A stretch of 63,245 nt of DNA, the filler included, from Asterionella formosa (lineage: Eukaryota), in NCBI GenBank assembly GCA_002256025.1. It is 10 parts of 10 records of this genome, joined end to end, with 100 filler letters (N's around TTAATTAATTAA, not from the genome) between each part and the next. Parts side by side here need not be neighbours in the genome. Positions count along the whole stretch, not along the records: positions 19,056 to 25,286 come from NKIB01012774.1; positions 25,387 to 31,621 come from NKIB01012775.1; positions 31,722 to 37,950 come from NKIB01012776.1; 7 more parts are not named here. The stretch is one strand, 5' to 3'. Under the pieces are notes generated by a model that saw only the letters and a list, made by a program, of their open reading frames with translations, made no database searches and had not been told where the DNA came from. Both the position numbers and the translations under genes were made by a program. This document shows, one piece after another, positions 24,701 through 36,109 of this stretch. Position 1 is the stretch's first letter, and the number at the start of each line of letters is the position of its first letter.

Positions 24701-25286
24701 CTCGAAGTATCGCTCGAAGGCCCTTTTTGCCTTCACGGTGTCATCCGAGGTCAGCGATCGCTGCAAGTGGACAAATGAAAGGCGGCTGAAATGGTCGACA
24801 AAGATTGTTGCGGCCATATATCGCTGAGTGGTGGGAACTCCTTTGAGTTGCCCAATCAGCCCTGGTGTAGGGGACTGCATCTGGTCCACTGAGACGCACT
24901 GTCCAGGGAAAGTCGCCGTTCCGCCTCCCACCTTGCTTGGTGGTGCTTTTGACCTCCACGCCCTTCGAGTCGCCTTTCCATAGTACATGCAGGCAGCGCA
25001 TTTGGGAATGCGGGCCTGCAAGAGTTTCTTGGGAATAAATCCTGTAGCAGCCATGCTCCGCAGTTGGCTGAAAGGCAGATGGCCAAGCCGGTAGTGGAGA
25101 CGAAGCAATTCCGTGGTAGGCGTCAGGGTATCCTGATCTTCAGTCTCAGTTGGCTTGGCGGATGCGTCATGAAACACTGTTTCAAGGTGAGACTCTGGAA
25201 TGTTTGTTCCACTGGCATCTCCCTTAACGGACGGATCATGTGAATTCTCACTCCTACCACCCTTCTCTGCCGGGCGCGGCGGGGGG
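21759..25286 (-). mobile_element. Ty1/copia (CoDi-like) retrotransposon: integrase-RT-RNase H (25177-22085), PPT and putative 3' LTR (22041-21759); defective, 5' end off-contig
   Basis: LHYRLGH...CAAC zinc motif, VSVDQ, HADNGRF, QNGVAEKR, RQIDFTLAYPQ, IYGQRQAGR, VYVDDG, SKLQTEVALSTTEAEY, RTKHI, ADMFTKPL. In-frame TGA at 24596 and loss of the YVDAD motif. PPT AAGGGAGTG is followed by TGAGA...TGTCA. The LTR outer end is less certain. Confidence 0.93.
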
Positions 25287-25386
25287 NNNNNNNNNNNNNN
25301 NNNNNNNNNNNNNNNNNNNNNNNNNNNNNNTTAATTAATTAANNNNNNNNNNNNNNNNNNNNNNNNNNNNNNNNNNNNNNNNNNNN
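25287..25386. other. Artificial contig linker
   Basis: N44-TTAATTAATTAA-N44. Confidence 0.98.
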
Positions 25387-25897
25387 CAGAAATCATGTAC
25401 TGAACCACCAAATCATGCGTGTCCAAAGGGGAATGATGGGACACTTGAGACTTGGCAGCCATGGGAGTGTGGGGGGTCTGTTTCCGTTGTGCAGAAGCCG
25501 TCTGTGTGACGAAGCTTTGGCCTTGACCTCCATTGAGTGCATCGAAGCATTCCGAGTTCCCATTGCTTGTCGATGGAACTGCTGCAGCTGACGGTTCGGA
25601 GCACTGTTCGAAATTGGCAAAGTTAGCGGTATTCGGCTTGACAGTTTTCTTTTTCTTCTTGACTGGATTCCCAAATTCATCCACCTTGACCTTCTTCTCC
25701 CTTATGAGATTTCCCTCGTTGTCGTACTGCTTGATTCGTGTGCTCGCCTTTTTGGACTTGAGCTTTTTGGCTTTCTTCGTCACTGGTGCAAGCAATGGCT
25801 CCAGTGAATTGGCGTCAGCAGAACCCATCACTTGACCTGTTGCAGTGTTCATTGTTGCAGTACCAGTTGTCGGCCACTGAGATGGCTCAAACGACAT
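25387..25897 (-). CDS. Hypothetical protein, Lys-rich low-complexity N-terminal part, truncated by contig end
   Basis: ATG-initiated frame open to the contig edge, with gene-like GC/CpG content. No recognisable domain. Confidence 0.55.
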
Positions 25898-27361
25898 TCT
25901 TCCCTATGAGTAAATGAAGAGCGGCAGATGAGCAGTCAACAGACCCAGGAATCCCAAGCAAAGGAATGGCGTCAGTACGTATTAGGATATATTTAGTGTC
26001 TGTATTGTACGTGTAGAGCAAAAAATATGTCGCTTTACAATCGTTGTTTTGTCATTCTTCGTATTTTATACATATTTCATAGGTGATATAATTGATTTCT
26101 ATTTTTCTTAAATACATTCCTCGATGGCTCAGGCTTCTCATTCAAATGTCTGATTCGACATATTTACGGTTCTTGTATAAATCTAAATATTTATACCGGT
26201 ACTGTTACATGCACGCCTCCTTTAATTACGTAGTCTGTTAGTAATTACAACACAAGTGCCTGAACTTATGATCATCCTAAGCAAACATGGGTAATGATTG
26301 AAAATAGTGACCCCGGAACAGTGCCTACAATAGTAATACATAGGGATCCGAAGCATTTTGAAAGTTCTGCCCTCAATATGTTCTACATGTAGGTCGGATA
26401 GTAACGATGACGATTCCGACGAAGCTAGTGCCAGGAGAACTGGGACGACGATGATATTGAAGATGGCTGTATCTATATATTTACACAAGGGAATGAATGT
26501 CATTATTGGCGACTCAAGCCGAGTATTTCATATTCACATATGGGGGTGGCTGGCTGAAGGAAACATTTCCTTGCAATGATTTAGGTTTGTTGACTTCTTG
26601 GTGTTTGTACTTTGGTTTTAAAATCGTTTTTTAATGGTGTTACCGGTATCCTTTTTACAAAATTTATGTTTTTCCGAATTTCTGAAATTCCATACCGGTA
26701 GGTAATGCACCATATTCCCATGAAGAGACCAGTTACTGCTTACCAACCAAGGTACTTTTTGTAAGAGGGATGTCCCTACCGGTAGTAGTTATCGTGATGT
26801 CCACCTGGTACTCAATGACTCCATGTTGCATTTATGTCATAATCTATACCGGTACCGGTAGACTCGTATTCTGAGGAATACATACACAAGAAGTCTTTTA
26901 TCATTCTTTGGATGCGACATCCATGACTTTACAGAAGTGACAAAAAGTGTATTGTTCTGTTTTATGTGTCTATATAAATGGAGACTGGTTCGCTCACAGG
27001 TGCAGATACATATTTAATTAGGCCATTCTTTTTTATGATGATTCCGAATTTGTGGTATCATTTCCGGGTTGTGTAAAAATGACAATTGTTTGGTATCAAA
27101 ACACGGTATCAGCAACTGTAACGTGATGGTATTAATTCAGTATCATTGATTTAAAAATGATACGCAAATTATTGGTGTGATGCAAACGAACGGAAAGAGG
27201 CACGACCTGCACAAAGAAATTTTACTGTGGTTTGGCTCGCCATAAAAGGAGGACTGATATTAATTTCAAATATTTGATACTTATCCCATTACCGGTCATC
27301 AAAGCCGACATACAAATCCCTAAAGGTCATCAAAATACGCCAAGTTGTTTTCGACTATTAC

Positions 27362-29650
27362 CTAATTCGATTTAAGTTTTTCAGCCGGTACGTTTTCCAA
27401 GTTCTTGGCTTCTCCGCTCCAATACCTATCGACAATAAAGTAAGTTCCAAAGAGTATCAAAAAGATAGGAATGAGTCCAAAGTACCACTTATCCCAGCTT
27501 TCCCGTCCGGCAATCATGGGGGCAATCATCAATGAGATGATGCTCATCAGCTTGATTAGAATGTTCAAAGCAGGACCAGAGGTATCCTTGAAAGGATCGC
27601 CAACGGTGTCTCCCACAACGCATGCTTTGTGGATATCGGTTCCTTTTCCGCCTTTGGCACCTTCAATTTCAATGTACTTCTTAGCATTGTCCCAAGCACC
27701 GCCGGCATTTGCCATCATGATGGCTAACATCATTCCAGAGGTAATGGCGCCACCCAACATTCCAGTCAGACAACGTGGTCCAACCAAGAATCCAACAGCA
27801 AGTGGGGACAGAATGGCATACAATCCGGGAAGAATCATCTCCTCCACGGAGGAATGAGTTGAAATTGCAATGCACTTATCTGAATCTGCTTCTGCTGTTC
27901 CTTCTCGGAGTCCAGGAATCTCGGCAAACTGACGACGTACTTCAACAATAATGGCACCTGCTGCCTTCTGCACAGAAAGCATAGTCAAGGCTGAAAACAA
28001 AAACGGAAGCATGGCTCCAATTAATGCTCCACTCAAGACTACAGGATCTCCAATATCTACCACATCGATATTCGCCTTGGCCTTAAAGGCTGCCAAGAGT
28101 GACAGAGCTGTCAAGACAGCCGAAGCAATGGCAAATCCCTTTCCAGTTGCGGCAGTTGTGTTTCCAAGAGCATCGAGAGCATCCATAGTGTCACGAACAC
28201 GTCCTTCCATTTTGGCCATTTCAGCAATGCCACCCGCATTGTCTGCAATGGGCCCATATGCGTCTGTTGCCAGAGTCACGCCCAATGTTGACAACATGCC
28301 CACGGCTGACATGGCAATGCCATATTCTCCAGCGAGAGCGTTGCATGCAAGAATGGTGGCGACAATAATCAATACTGGAAAAACACAAGAGATCATTCCA
28401 ATTCCAAGGCCTTGAATGATGACAGTGGCAGGTCCAGTGACAGCGGCGTCGGTAATTGACTGTACTGGATAGAAGGAGTAGGAAGTGAAGTATTCTGTGA
28501 CTTGCCCAATGAGAACACCAGCCAATAGTCCCAAGAGGATACATCCAAAGATATTCCACCCTTCTTGTTCTCTTCCAGGGAAAAGTTGAGAACATAATAC
28601 TTTTGAAACAAGAACCACCACGAAGGACGCAATCAAAATTCCCTTGTTGAGTGCTGCCAATAGGTCTTTTTGCGACGCTCCATCCTTTGTTCCCACAGCA
28701 AAGAATCCAATGACACTGGCCAGAATTCCTCCTCCACTAATCCATATTGGTAGCATTATCAATGCAACATCTCCATTGGCCAATGCCATGGCAGCAATGA
28801 TGCTTCCAACGTATGATTCAAACAAATCGGCCCCCATCCCAGCCACATCTCCAACATTGTCACCGACCAAATCAGCAATGACAGCAGGATTTCTGACATC
28901 ATCTTCTGGAATGTCCATTTCCACTTTTCCAACCAAATCAGCTCCCACATCCGCCGCCTTGGTAAAGATACCCCCCGCAACACGTGCAAAGAGGGCAATG
29001 GACGATGCTCCAAACCCAAATCCTGCCAAGGCATCGGTGGCCAGCAGCAGTTTGTTTACGTTATCATGATGATCGTCATTGCCATATCCCTGCACCAAAA
29101 TCGCAAACACAATGGAAAGTCCCGTCAATCCAATTCCTACTACTGTAAATCCCATGACAGCACCTCCAGTAAATGCCACCCGCAAGGCGGATGCCAACCC
29201 ATGTTGATCTGCAGCTTGTGTTGTCTTGACATTGGTGTCTGTAGCGACTTGCATCCCTCCCCAGCCAGCTCCAGCAGATAGAACGGCTCCTACCAAGAAG
29301 CTGCCCCCATATCGAATCCCATCCTTCCATGTTGCGCTTGTGCCGCCGTACAAGAGTGCCAGACTTGGGACCACCATGGCCACAAAGTATGCCAAGTAGG
29401 TGTATTCAGTAACTAGGAATGCTCGACTTCCTGATTGAATACGTTGGGAGATGTCATTCATGACCTCGTTGCCTTTTGGGACAGATGATAGTCGAAACTT
29501 CAAGAAGAAAACCATGAGGATCCCAACAAGTCCAGCGCCCACTCCAAAGGAAACATTTGCCATGGGATCCTCCACATTGCAGGGGAAGCCAGAGAAGCCA
29601 GAGGCAAGGAAACAGGGAGCATTGACGGCCAAGGTTGCTGTTGTTGCCAT
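27362..29650 (-). CDS. Membrane-integral cation-translocating pyrophosphatase (mPPase), K+-dependent type, 762 aa
   Basis: GGIFTKAADVGADLVGKVE, VGDNVGD, EYFTS, DAYGPIADNAGGIAEM, GNTTAA, GGAWDNAKKYIE and GDTVGDPFKDTSGP. The first ATG is at 29650; the ORF track start is a GTG. Confidence 0.97.
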   Translation of the reverse strand: MATTATLAVNAPCFLASGFSGFPCNVEDPMANVSFGVGAGLVGILMVFFLKFRLSSVPKGNEVMNDISQRIQSGSRAFLVTEYTYLAYFVAMVVPSLALLYGGTSATWKDGIRYGGSFLVGAVLSAGAGWGGMQVATDTNVKTTQAADQHGLASALRVAFTGGAVMGFTVVGIGLTGLSIVFAILVQGYGNDDHHDNVNKLLLATDALAGFGFGASSIALFARVAGGIFTKAADVGADLVGKVEMDIPEDDVRNPAVIADLVGDNVGDVAGMGADLFESYVGSIIAAMALANGDVALIMLPIWISGGGILASVIGFFAVGTKDGASQKDLLAALNKGILIASFVVVLVSKVLCSQLFPGREQEGWNIFGCILLGLLAGVLIGQVTEYFTSYSFYPVQSITDAAVTGPATVIIQGLGIGMISCVFPVLIIVATILACNALAGEYGIAMSAVGMLSTLGVTLATDAYGPIADNAGGIAEMAKMEGRVRDTMDALDALGNTTAATGKGFAIASAVLTALSLLAAFKAKANIDVVDIGDPVVLSGALIGAMLPFLFSALTMLSVQKAAGAIIVEVRRQFAEIPGLREGTAEADSDKCIAISTHSSVEEMILPGLYAILSPLAVGFLVGPRCLTGMLGGAITSGMMLAIMMANAGGAWDNAKKYIEIEGAKGGKGTDIHKACVVGDTVGDPFKDTSGPALNILIKLMSIISLMIAPMIAGRESWDKWYFGLIPIFLILFGTYFIVDRYWSGEAKNLENVPAEKLKSN

Positions 29651-29869
29651 GATGATGGATGCAGCTAGTGTCACGGCACGCTGTGATTATAATGGTTCAA
29701 GGCCAAGGCGAACAGTAATGATGTGTTTACTTTTTTGTGACTACCGGCATGAATCTCCTTTTGAATATCATCACAAAATGATCATCGTGGACGACGACGA
29801 AGAAACGCTGGATGTAACATGTATATTCATATATGAATAAAGTATTGCATAAAATTGTACAGTCATGAT

Positions 29870-30557
29870 ATACCGGCATATTGTAGACCAGTCCCTGGTC
29901 CCTGGTACCAGTTACCAGTACAGCGAGCAGACGTACAGCCATACCTATGACGTATGTACTTGCTTTCCATATATTGTGTGCAGACCCATCTGTGATGGTA
30001 CCAGGTACCTGGTACCTGGTACCAGGTACCAGGTACAGTCATCATCTCTACAGATTTCTTCTTGCCTGTGGAAGGTCCGGCAATCGAGAGATTTAGCTTA
30101 ATATTTTCCCAAGGACTAAACGTGTTTTACCTGACCTTCTTCCCTTCTTCTGAATACCGGTACGAGGTACCGGTATACCGGAAGTATCACCGCTACTTAA
30201 CCACACAGGCAGGAGGGCACTCCGGAGGGTAACAGGGTACTTGGTACCAGGTACCAGACCTGGTTACCGGGACCTGATTCCGCACCACTACAGATGTAGG
30301 AGTAGCCGGTAGGCAGAAGAATACCGGTATTGCAGTGATCGGAAGTACGACCCCCATATGTACGTACCGGTATGGTTAATGCAGACTGTGTCTGTTAGGC
30401 TGTTGATGTCGATGAGTGTCCGAAGGCTAGATGTAGTCTGAGGAATGTCTCCGGGTACAAGATATACCGGTAGAGCGACAGGATTTATTTACCGGTAGCA
30501 GAATAATGAGCAGCGCGAGAAAGATCTTGACCGGTCATTCCAGGGCAGTACCTGGTA
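29870..30557. repeat. TA-CCWGG-TA array cluster upstream of the mPPase; pure (TACCWGG)5-TA run at 29999-30035
   Basis: TA CCAGG TA CCTGG TA CCTGG TA CCAGG TA CCAGG TA, plus many TACCGGTA units. Confidence 0.9.
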
Positions 30558-31621
30558 CCAGTAAAAAGCTGCTGTGACCCACTAAAAAAATTTGGAACCG
30601 CTGTGACCCACTGAACAGGAGAAAAACACGGTTTGACCCTCCCAAATGCAGATTTGTTAATTTTAAAACTTCGATCCCAATCTTGAGCATATACACTTTA
30701 AGGCTATGTCATTAGATATAAGTTTATAGCAATTGGTTTCTCCTAAAATATTGGTTGAAAAGTGCAATCGACGAAAATATTGCCAGAACACGGATTACCC
30801 CATGTTTTGAGGATTCATTATTATATGATATTTGCAGCTGTATACAAAAATGTCGCCTTCGATTTATTTGTTGTCTGATTCCTGTCATATCTTTATCCCT
30901 GTCACTTGATAGTGCCTAAGTAACTTGATCACTATATACTGGTGCGCCAGCCAAGTAGACCCAAATACCATCATCACCCATACACTGGAAAGGAAATGTG
31001 TACCTGGTACATACCAGTATACAGTTTTTAGCTCATAATATGCATCCAAACTATGGCAAAAAATCTACTGTGCCTTTGGGCAAGGCAGCTCAGTCTATTA
31101 GCAGCACAAACAAAGCCAGAATGATTGAACATTGCCTATTGAACATTTCTACAAATATGGAAGTGTTGAAAGCGAACAATAATGGAAAACTACCATATGG
31201 CTCAATTTCTCGTGCTGTGCACGATGTACAAGAACTTGTCCCATGGGTGACTACACAGAAAGTGAAATACTTTCTAAGGAAAATGAGATCATCTGGTGGC
31301 ACCAGTACCAGCATGGACAAACAGCCTGAGGAGGATGTGCATGAAGAATCACAAGAAAGCGAAATATCTATGCTGACAATGGAAGGTGTAGAAAATTACA
31401 GCTATAGCAGAAAAAATCATCATCATTCTTCCATTACTACTATGATTATGTCGGCAAGTTCTAGTTTGCCTCCTGCCAGGCAGCACTACTACTGCATCAA
31501 CTGAAAGCAGCAGCATCATTTCTGCCACTATAACCCTGCCCTATGGTGGTCGTCCAAAGGGAACAACTGCAGTAGCCAGCTCCATCATGGCAGAAAAAGT
31601 GAAAGAATGTATTTCCAATTC
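30558..31621 (+). mobile_element. 5' end of a DDE_1-type transposon (same family as 17260-18955): terminal repeat plus transposase N-terminus
   Basis: Terminus TA|CCAGTAAAAAGCTGCTGTGACCCA with an internal GCTGTGACCCACT repeat. ORF LKANNNGKLPYGSISRAV...VPWVT is followed by GGRPKGTT. A homologous fragment lies at 61490-61713. Confidence 0.7.
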
Positions 31622-31721
31622 NNNNNNNNNNNNNNNNNNNNNNNNNNNNNNNNNNNNNNNNNNNNTTAATTAATTAANNNNNNNNNNNNNNNNNNNNNNN
31701 NNNNNNNNNNNNNNNNNNNNN
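31622..31721. other. Artificial contig linker
   Basis: N44-TTAATTAATTAA-N44. Confidence 0.98.
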
Positions 31722-31844
31722 ATTCAGATAATATATAGATATATTCAAGTAAGCATTTTGATGTATTCAACTAATTCATGTGATCCATTCAAAATCAACT
31801 AGGCTTATTTACGTGATGGTCACTTCACGTAATACGCGGCTTAG

Positions 31845-32820
31845 ATGTGGGATGCAATTTGCACAGAGATGAAAAACGTGAGGCCAGCCTTTGAGATGTG
31901 GGAACAGGATGAAAAGGAACTGCCTACAGGGTACCAGAGAATCAAGTGCCATTTTATATTTGACATTAAGATGGGCGAGAATTTCAGATGAAAGGCAAGA
32001 TTAGTTGCCAATGGGAATGAAACAGAGGCCCCAGCAGCACTGACATAGCTACTCCCGGTAGTATTGAGGGATTCTGTGAGGATCGCCCTCTTAATTGCAT
32101 CTCTCAATGACCTTGAATTTACTGGCATGTGACATCCAAAATGCATACTTGACTGCTGACTGCCGTGAGAAAATATATACTATTGCAGGATCAGAATTCG
32201 GATCAGAAGCTGGAGGTGTGATGGTCATTCGAAAAGCATTGTACGGATTAAAGTCTAGTGGTGCGGCCTTCCGAGCACATTTGGCTGAGGCCCTGTGTGA
32301 TTTTAGCTATATGCCAACAAAAGCGGATCCAGATGTATGGATTCGATCAGCAACCAAACCCAATGGGTTTGAGTACTATGAAATGATGCTTATTTATGTT
32401 GACGATATCTTATGCATATCCCATGATCCACATGCAACTATGAAGGGTATCCAAGCAACATTTAAATTGAAAGACGACAAGATTGAAAAACCAGAAAATT
32501 ATCTTGGGGCAGCCCACAGCTTACACAAAAGATCATTAATGGAACGGAATGCTGGACAATGTCATCAGAGCAATACGTCAAAGCATCCATAGCCAATGTC
32601 GAAGCAGTGTTGGAGTCAAGCGGTCAGAGATTACCATACCGATGCACCACACCAATTCAAGCCAATTATCGACCGGAGCTGGACACAACGGCGGAGTTAA
32701 AATTAGAAGGCATCCGCTATTATCAAGAGATGATTGGAGTCTTGCGATGGGCGATAGAACTCGGTAGGATTGATATTGTAATGGAAGTGTCAATGCTGTC
32801 TTCTCACCTTGCGTAACCTA
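31845..32820 (+). mobile_element. Ty1/copia reverse transcriptase remnant (frameshifted)
   Basis: WDAI.TEMKNV, GYQRIKCHFIFDIKM, KARLVA, ACDIQNAYL, KALYGLKSSGAAF, IYVDDIL and YQEMIGVLRWAIELGRIDI. Confidence 0.93.
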
Positions 32821-34801
32821 AAGTTGAACACAGCCTAGGTTCATCAAGCGTCATAAGATGCTTGGTTACCTCCTGGACATGCAAGACATGTGGCTTTGAA
32901 AACCAGGTCATAGATTTGTGGCAAGCAACATCTCGGTCACCTCCATATTGCTCGAGCGGACTGAACAATTAAGGTTGGCGCTTAGTACGTAGCAATACGT
33001 AGGAGTACGGTACAGCAGTGACTAGTCGTTATATCACGCAGACATTGGCGATAGAGTGGAAGTGTCTGTTAGTTAGCGATAGCGAAAGCAAGAAGTGAGT
33101 GCTCGATCTTGCTCACTCTTTTTACAAATAATTCTTTTCATACATCTTTACCTAAGTTAGTCACTATGTCGGATTCCACGTAGCGATTATGATTTAGTAT
33201 ACCTGGTACCGGTAGAGTAGTGTACTGGAGTACGAGGGTTTCCCGCATGCGGTTACCGTTAAGTACATTTTTTATCTGGGTGTAGCCAGAGCTGGTTATT
33301 ATTTTATCTGGGTTCCCTGATGGGGAAGACATTTGAGAAACTGAACAAAATTGGTATTTTTGAGGTATGAAGCAATGATAAATAGATGAATACAGATGAT
33401 TGTATTTATATACAAATATATTAACATATAATTGTACTCATTAAGGCCATAAACACATGTGTAGTATATATTATCTTGTAGACTATTATTGTGGTTTCTC
33501 CATGCACATCTAAGCCACAAAATAGGCCACTTTTCTTTTCGAAACTTCATCTACTCCAGTACATAGGAGTTTTGATTAAATGTGGTACTTCACATGAATT
33601 AATGCCACTCTTCCCATAAATAAGCAGGTTACTTTTAACGATTTCATGTGAAGTTTTACCGCGTTCATCATGTAAGGTTTCTTTCACAATGAACTTAGAA
33701 CTCAAGACTGCATCAGTTGCTTGATGTTTCAAATAATTCATTTCAAAATCATGGATGATTTGTCACTTACGACATGCATCTTCATTTATGAAATAGTAAG
33801 GATATTTGTAGTGTCTTATTTCAGGCATGCTGGAAAATCAACAGTTTCTGGTTGCTGTGCTCTTCACGTATCATGTCATGTGCACTTATTGTAGTGAACA
33901 ATATTAATCTTCCTGTTTTCATGTGATTTTTCACAATCATATAGTGATTTCCAAGACGGAACTACCGGTAGTTGATATTATAACTAATTACTCTAAAAGT
34001 TCAAGATACACTTTTTAGAGGGTAAGCAATTCATTGCGAAAGACAACTTCAATTTAGGAAAAGTACAAATATTTATGGTGTGTGTCGATGTCCCAACAAG
34101 CCTCCTCTATTGGTTTATTGATGGGTTAACACAGGGACCAATTTTTACCTTATTGGAATTTTTTGACCCCCTATTGGAGGATCATTTTGACAACATTTTC
34201 GAAGATTGATGTTTACCAATCATGTCATTTCAGCTTATTGGCCATTGACGTTTTCGATTTCTTGGATTAGGGTTGCGATAAATTTAGCTGATTTTTACCT
34301 CCAATAGCTAAGGTCCGATTTTCCCCTTCTTAGGCCTAAAAGCCTTCTCGGAGTTCAAAAAACGGTTATCATAGGGGATAGCAATAACTATTCTTGGGTT
34401 TAAGTGTTCCATATTAGAATCGAACTTCCAATGATTTGGCTAATTGACTTTTTTTACATAGTATGAAAATACTGTGCCACTTAGTGTAAAATACCCTTGA
34501 TCCTATATGCATGATACTTTTTATTTGCAGAAGATACTGATGTAGCTGATTGGTCCTCTTTATCGCCATTTGTTGAAAAAACCATTTCTTGCTCTTGCCT
34601 TGTGGGTCATTAAGTGTGCAAGAGTCTGGTGGGGATGGGGAGGGATTATCATCAGTGGTAAGGGGAGTGGGCTTAGAAAATGCACTGGATGATGGTTGAA
34701 TATTATTTTTCGACTGTTTAAGTGCTCTTTTCGATGAATTAGCAAGTTCTTGTTTTTGATTCAGTGCTATAGAAAGGAAGGCGAAAACTGAAATAAGTAT
34801 C

Positions 34802-35672
34802 GGCAGGCGATGAGAGGAGCTGCTGGCGACAAGAGAGTTTGTGTTAAAAACAGACATGGCAGTGAGAGTCTTTGTCAAGAGTATGTAAAGTGGCGTGAGT
34901 AGACAGAGTAGTAGCTAAAAATTGGTGGCATCAGAATAATAATCTCTTGAGGTTCATTTCATTAGGGCTGATTAAAATAAAAAACTTTTCTCTAAAAAAA
35001 GGTTTACTATGTATATATAGATATAGATAACAACTGTCAAAAATGGAGCTACCAGCAGATCAAAAGGAAATGTTAAGCATCATCCTTGCAGCCGGCCGGA
35101 TACCATATCGCTGTGATTAGGTATGAATGATGGAGAATATGTCATGTATACAGAAAAATGATACATATATCCATTTTGTTACCTTCCAGAAACAGAATTG
35201 AATGCTGCCTAATTCATAGCTAGAAAAAGGGGGACGACAACTGCAATATGTATTGGCGGGCGATGAGCAGAGCTGCTGGCGACAAGAGAGTTTGCGTGAA
35301 AAAAGACATGGCAGCGAGAGTCGTTGTCATCAGCACCATGTAAAGTGGCGTATGCAGTAGACAGAGTAGAAGCTAAAAATAGTTGGCATCAGAATAATAA
35401 TATCTTGAGGTTTATTTTTTAGGGGTGATAAAATAAAATAAAATTCTTAAAAAAGAGATGTACTTTGTATAAAACAACTGTCGAAAATGGAGCAACTAGC
35501 AGAACAAAAGGAAATGTTAAGCATCATCCTTGCAGCTGGCCAGATATAATATCGCTGTGATTAATCGTGGCAAAAATCGTGGTATGAATGATGGAGAATT
35601 TCTCATGTAGACAGAGAAATGATACATGTATCCATTTTGTTACCTTCCAGAAACAGAGTTGAATGCTATCTA
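34802..35672 (+). repeat. Diverged tandem duplication of about 410 bp (34802-35212 and 35255-35672)
   Basis: Both copies share GAGCTGCTGGCGACAAGAGAGTTTG, GGCATCAGAATAATAAT, AAAAGGAAATGTTAAGCATCATCCTTGCAG and TCCATTTTGTTACCTTCCAGAAACAGA. Confidence 0.9.
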
Positions 35673-36109
35673 CTCTGCAATAGTATTCTAATCAAGAAGG
35701 TGGGAAACCAGCATGACACATGCTTGTGAAAAGGGCCTGTGAAAAGGTCCTGTGCTAGCTACTCATAATCCATCAATTGAGGAATACCAGTTGGACAGAA
35801 TCTGTGTGGAACTAACCAAAAATGGATCAGGACAAAGTGATGATGAAGTACAAACTTACTGCTTTAAGCACATGGAATCGGCCTACAAGATGCATTTACC
35901 TAATAAGTGGCTGACCTCAAAAGGTATGGAAGGTATTCACAAGGAATATTTGAATACAGATTTATTCGAGTTATGGCCATTGTAAACTAGTGAGACAGGG
36001 TATGCTGCTTTTGCATAGTGCAACAACTGTGATTGGCCCCTGTGTTTGAGGAACATTGCTTTTAACAGAATCAGCAATGCTTTGTTCCAGCCGTTGCACG
36101 CATTTCTAT

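Noticed and set aside
25331..25386. ORFs ending in XXXX-LIN (also 19004, 44132, 50387)
   Set aside because: They read into the artificial N/TTAATTAATTAA linker.
29999..30035. KpnI/AgeI/SexAI sites as cloning or adapter artefacts
   Set aside because: Units are variable, interspersed in unique sequence, enriched 5' of genes and absent as chains from intact ORFs. That pattern fits selection better than library chemistry, though raw-read confirmation is still advisable.
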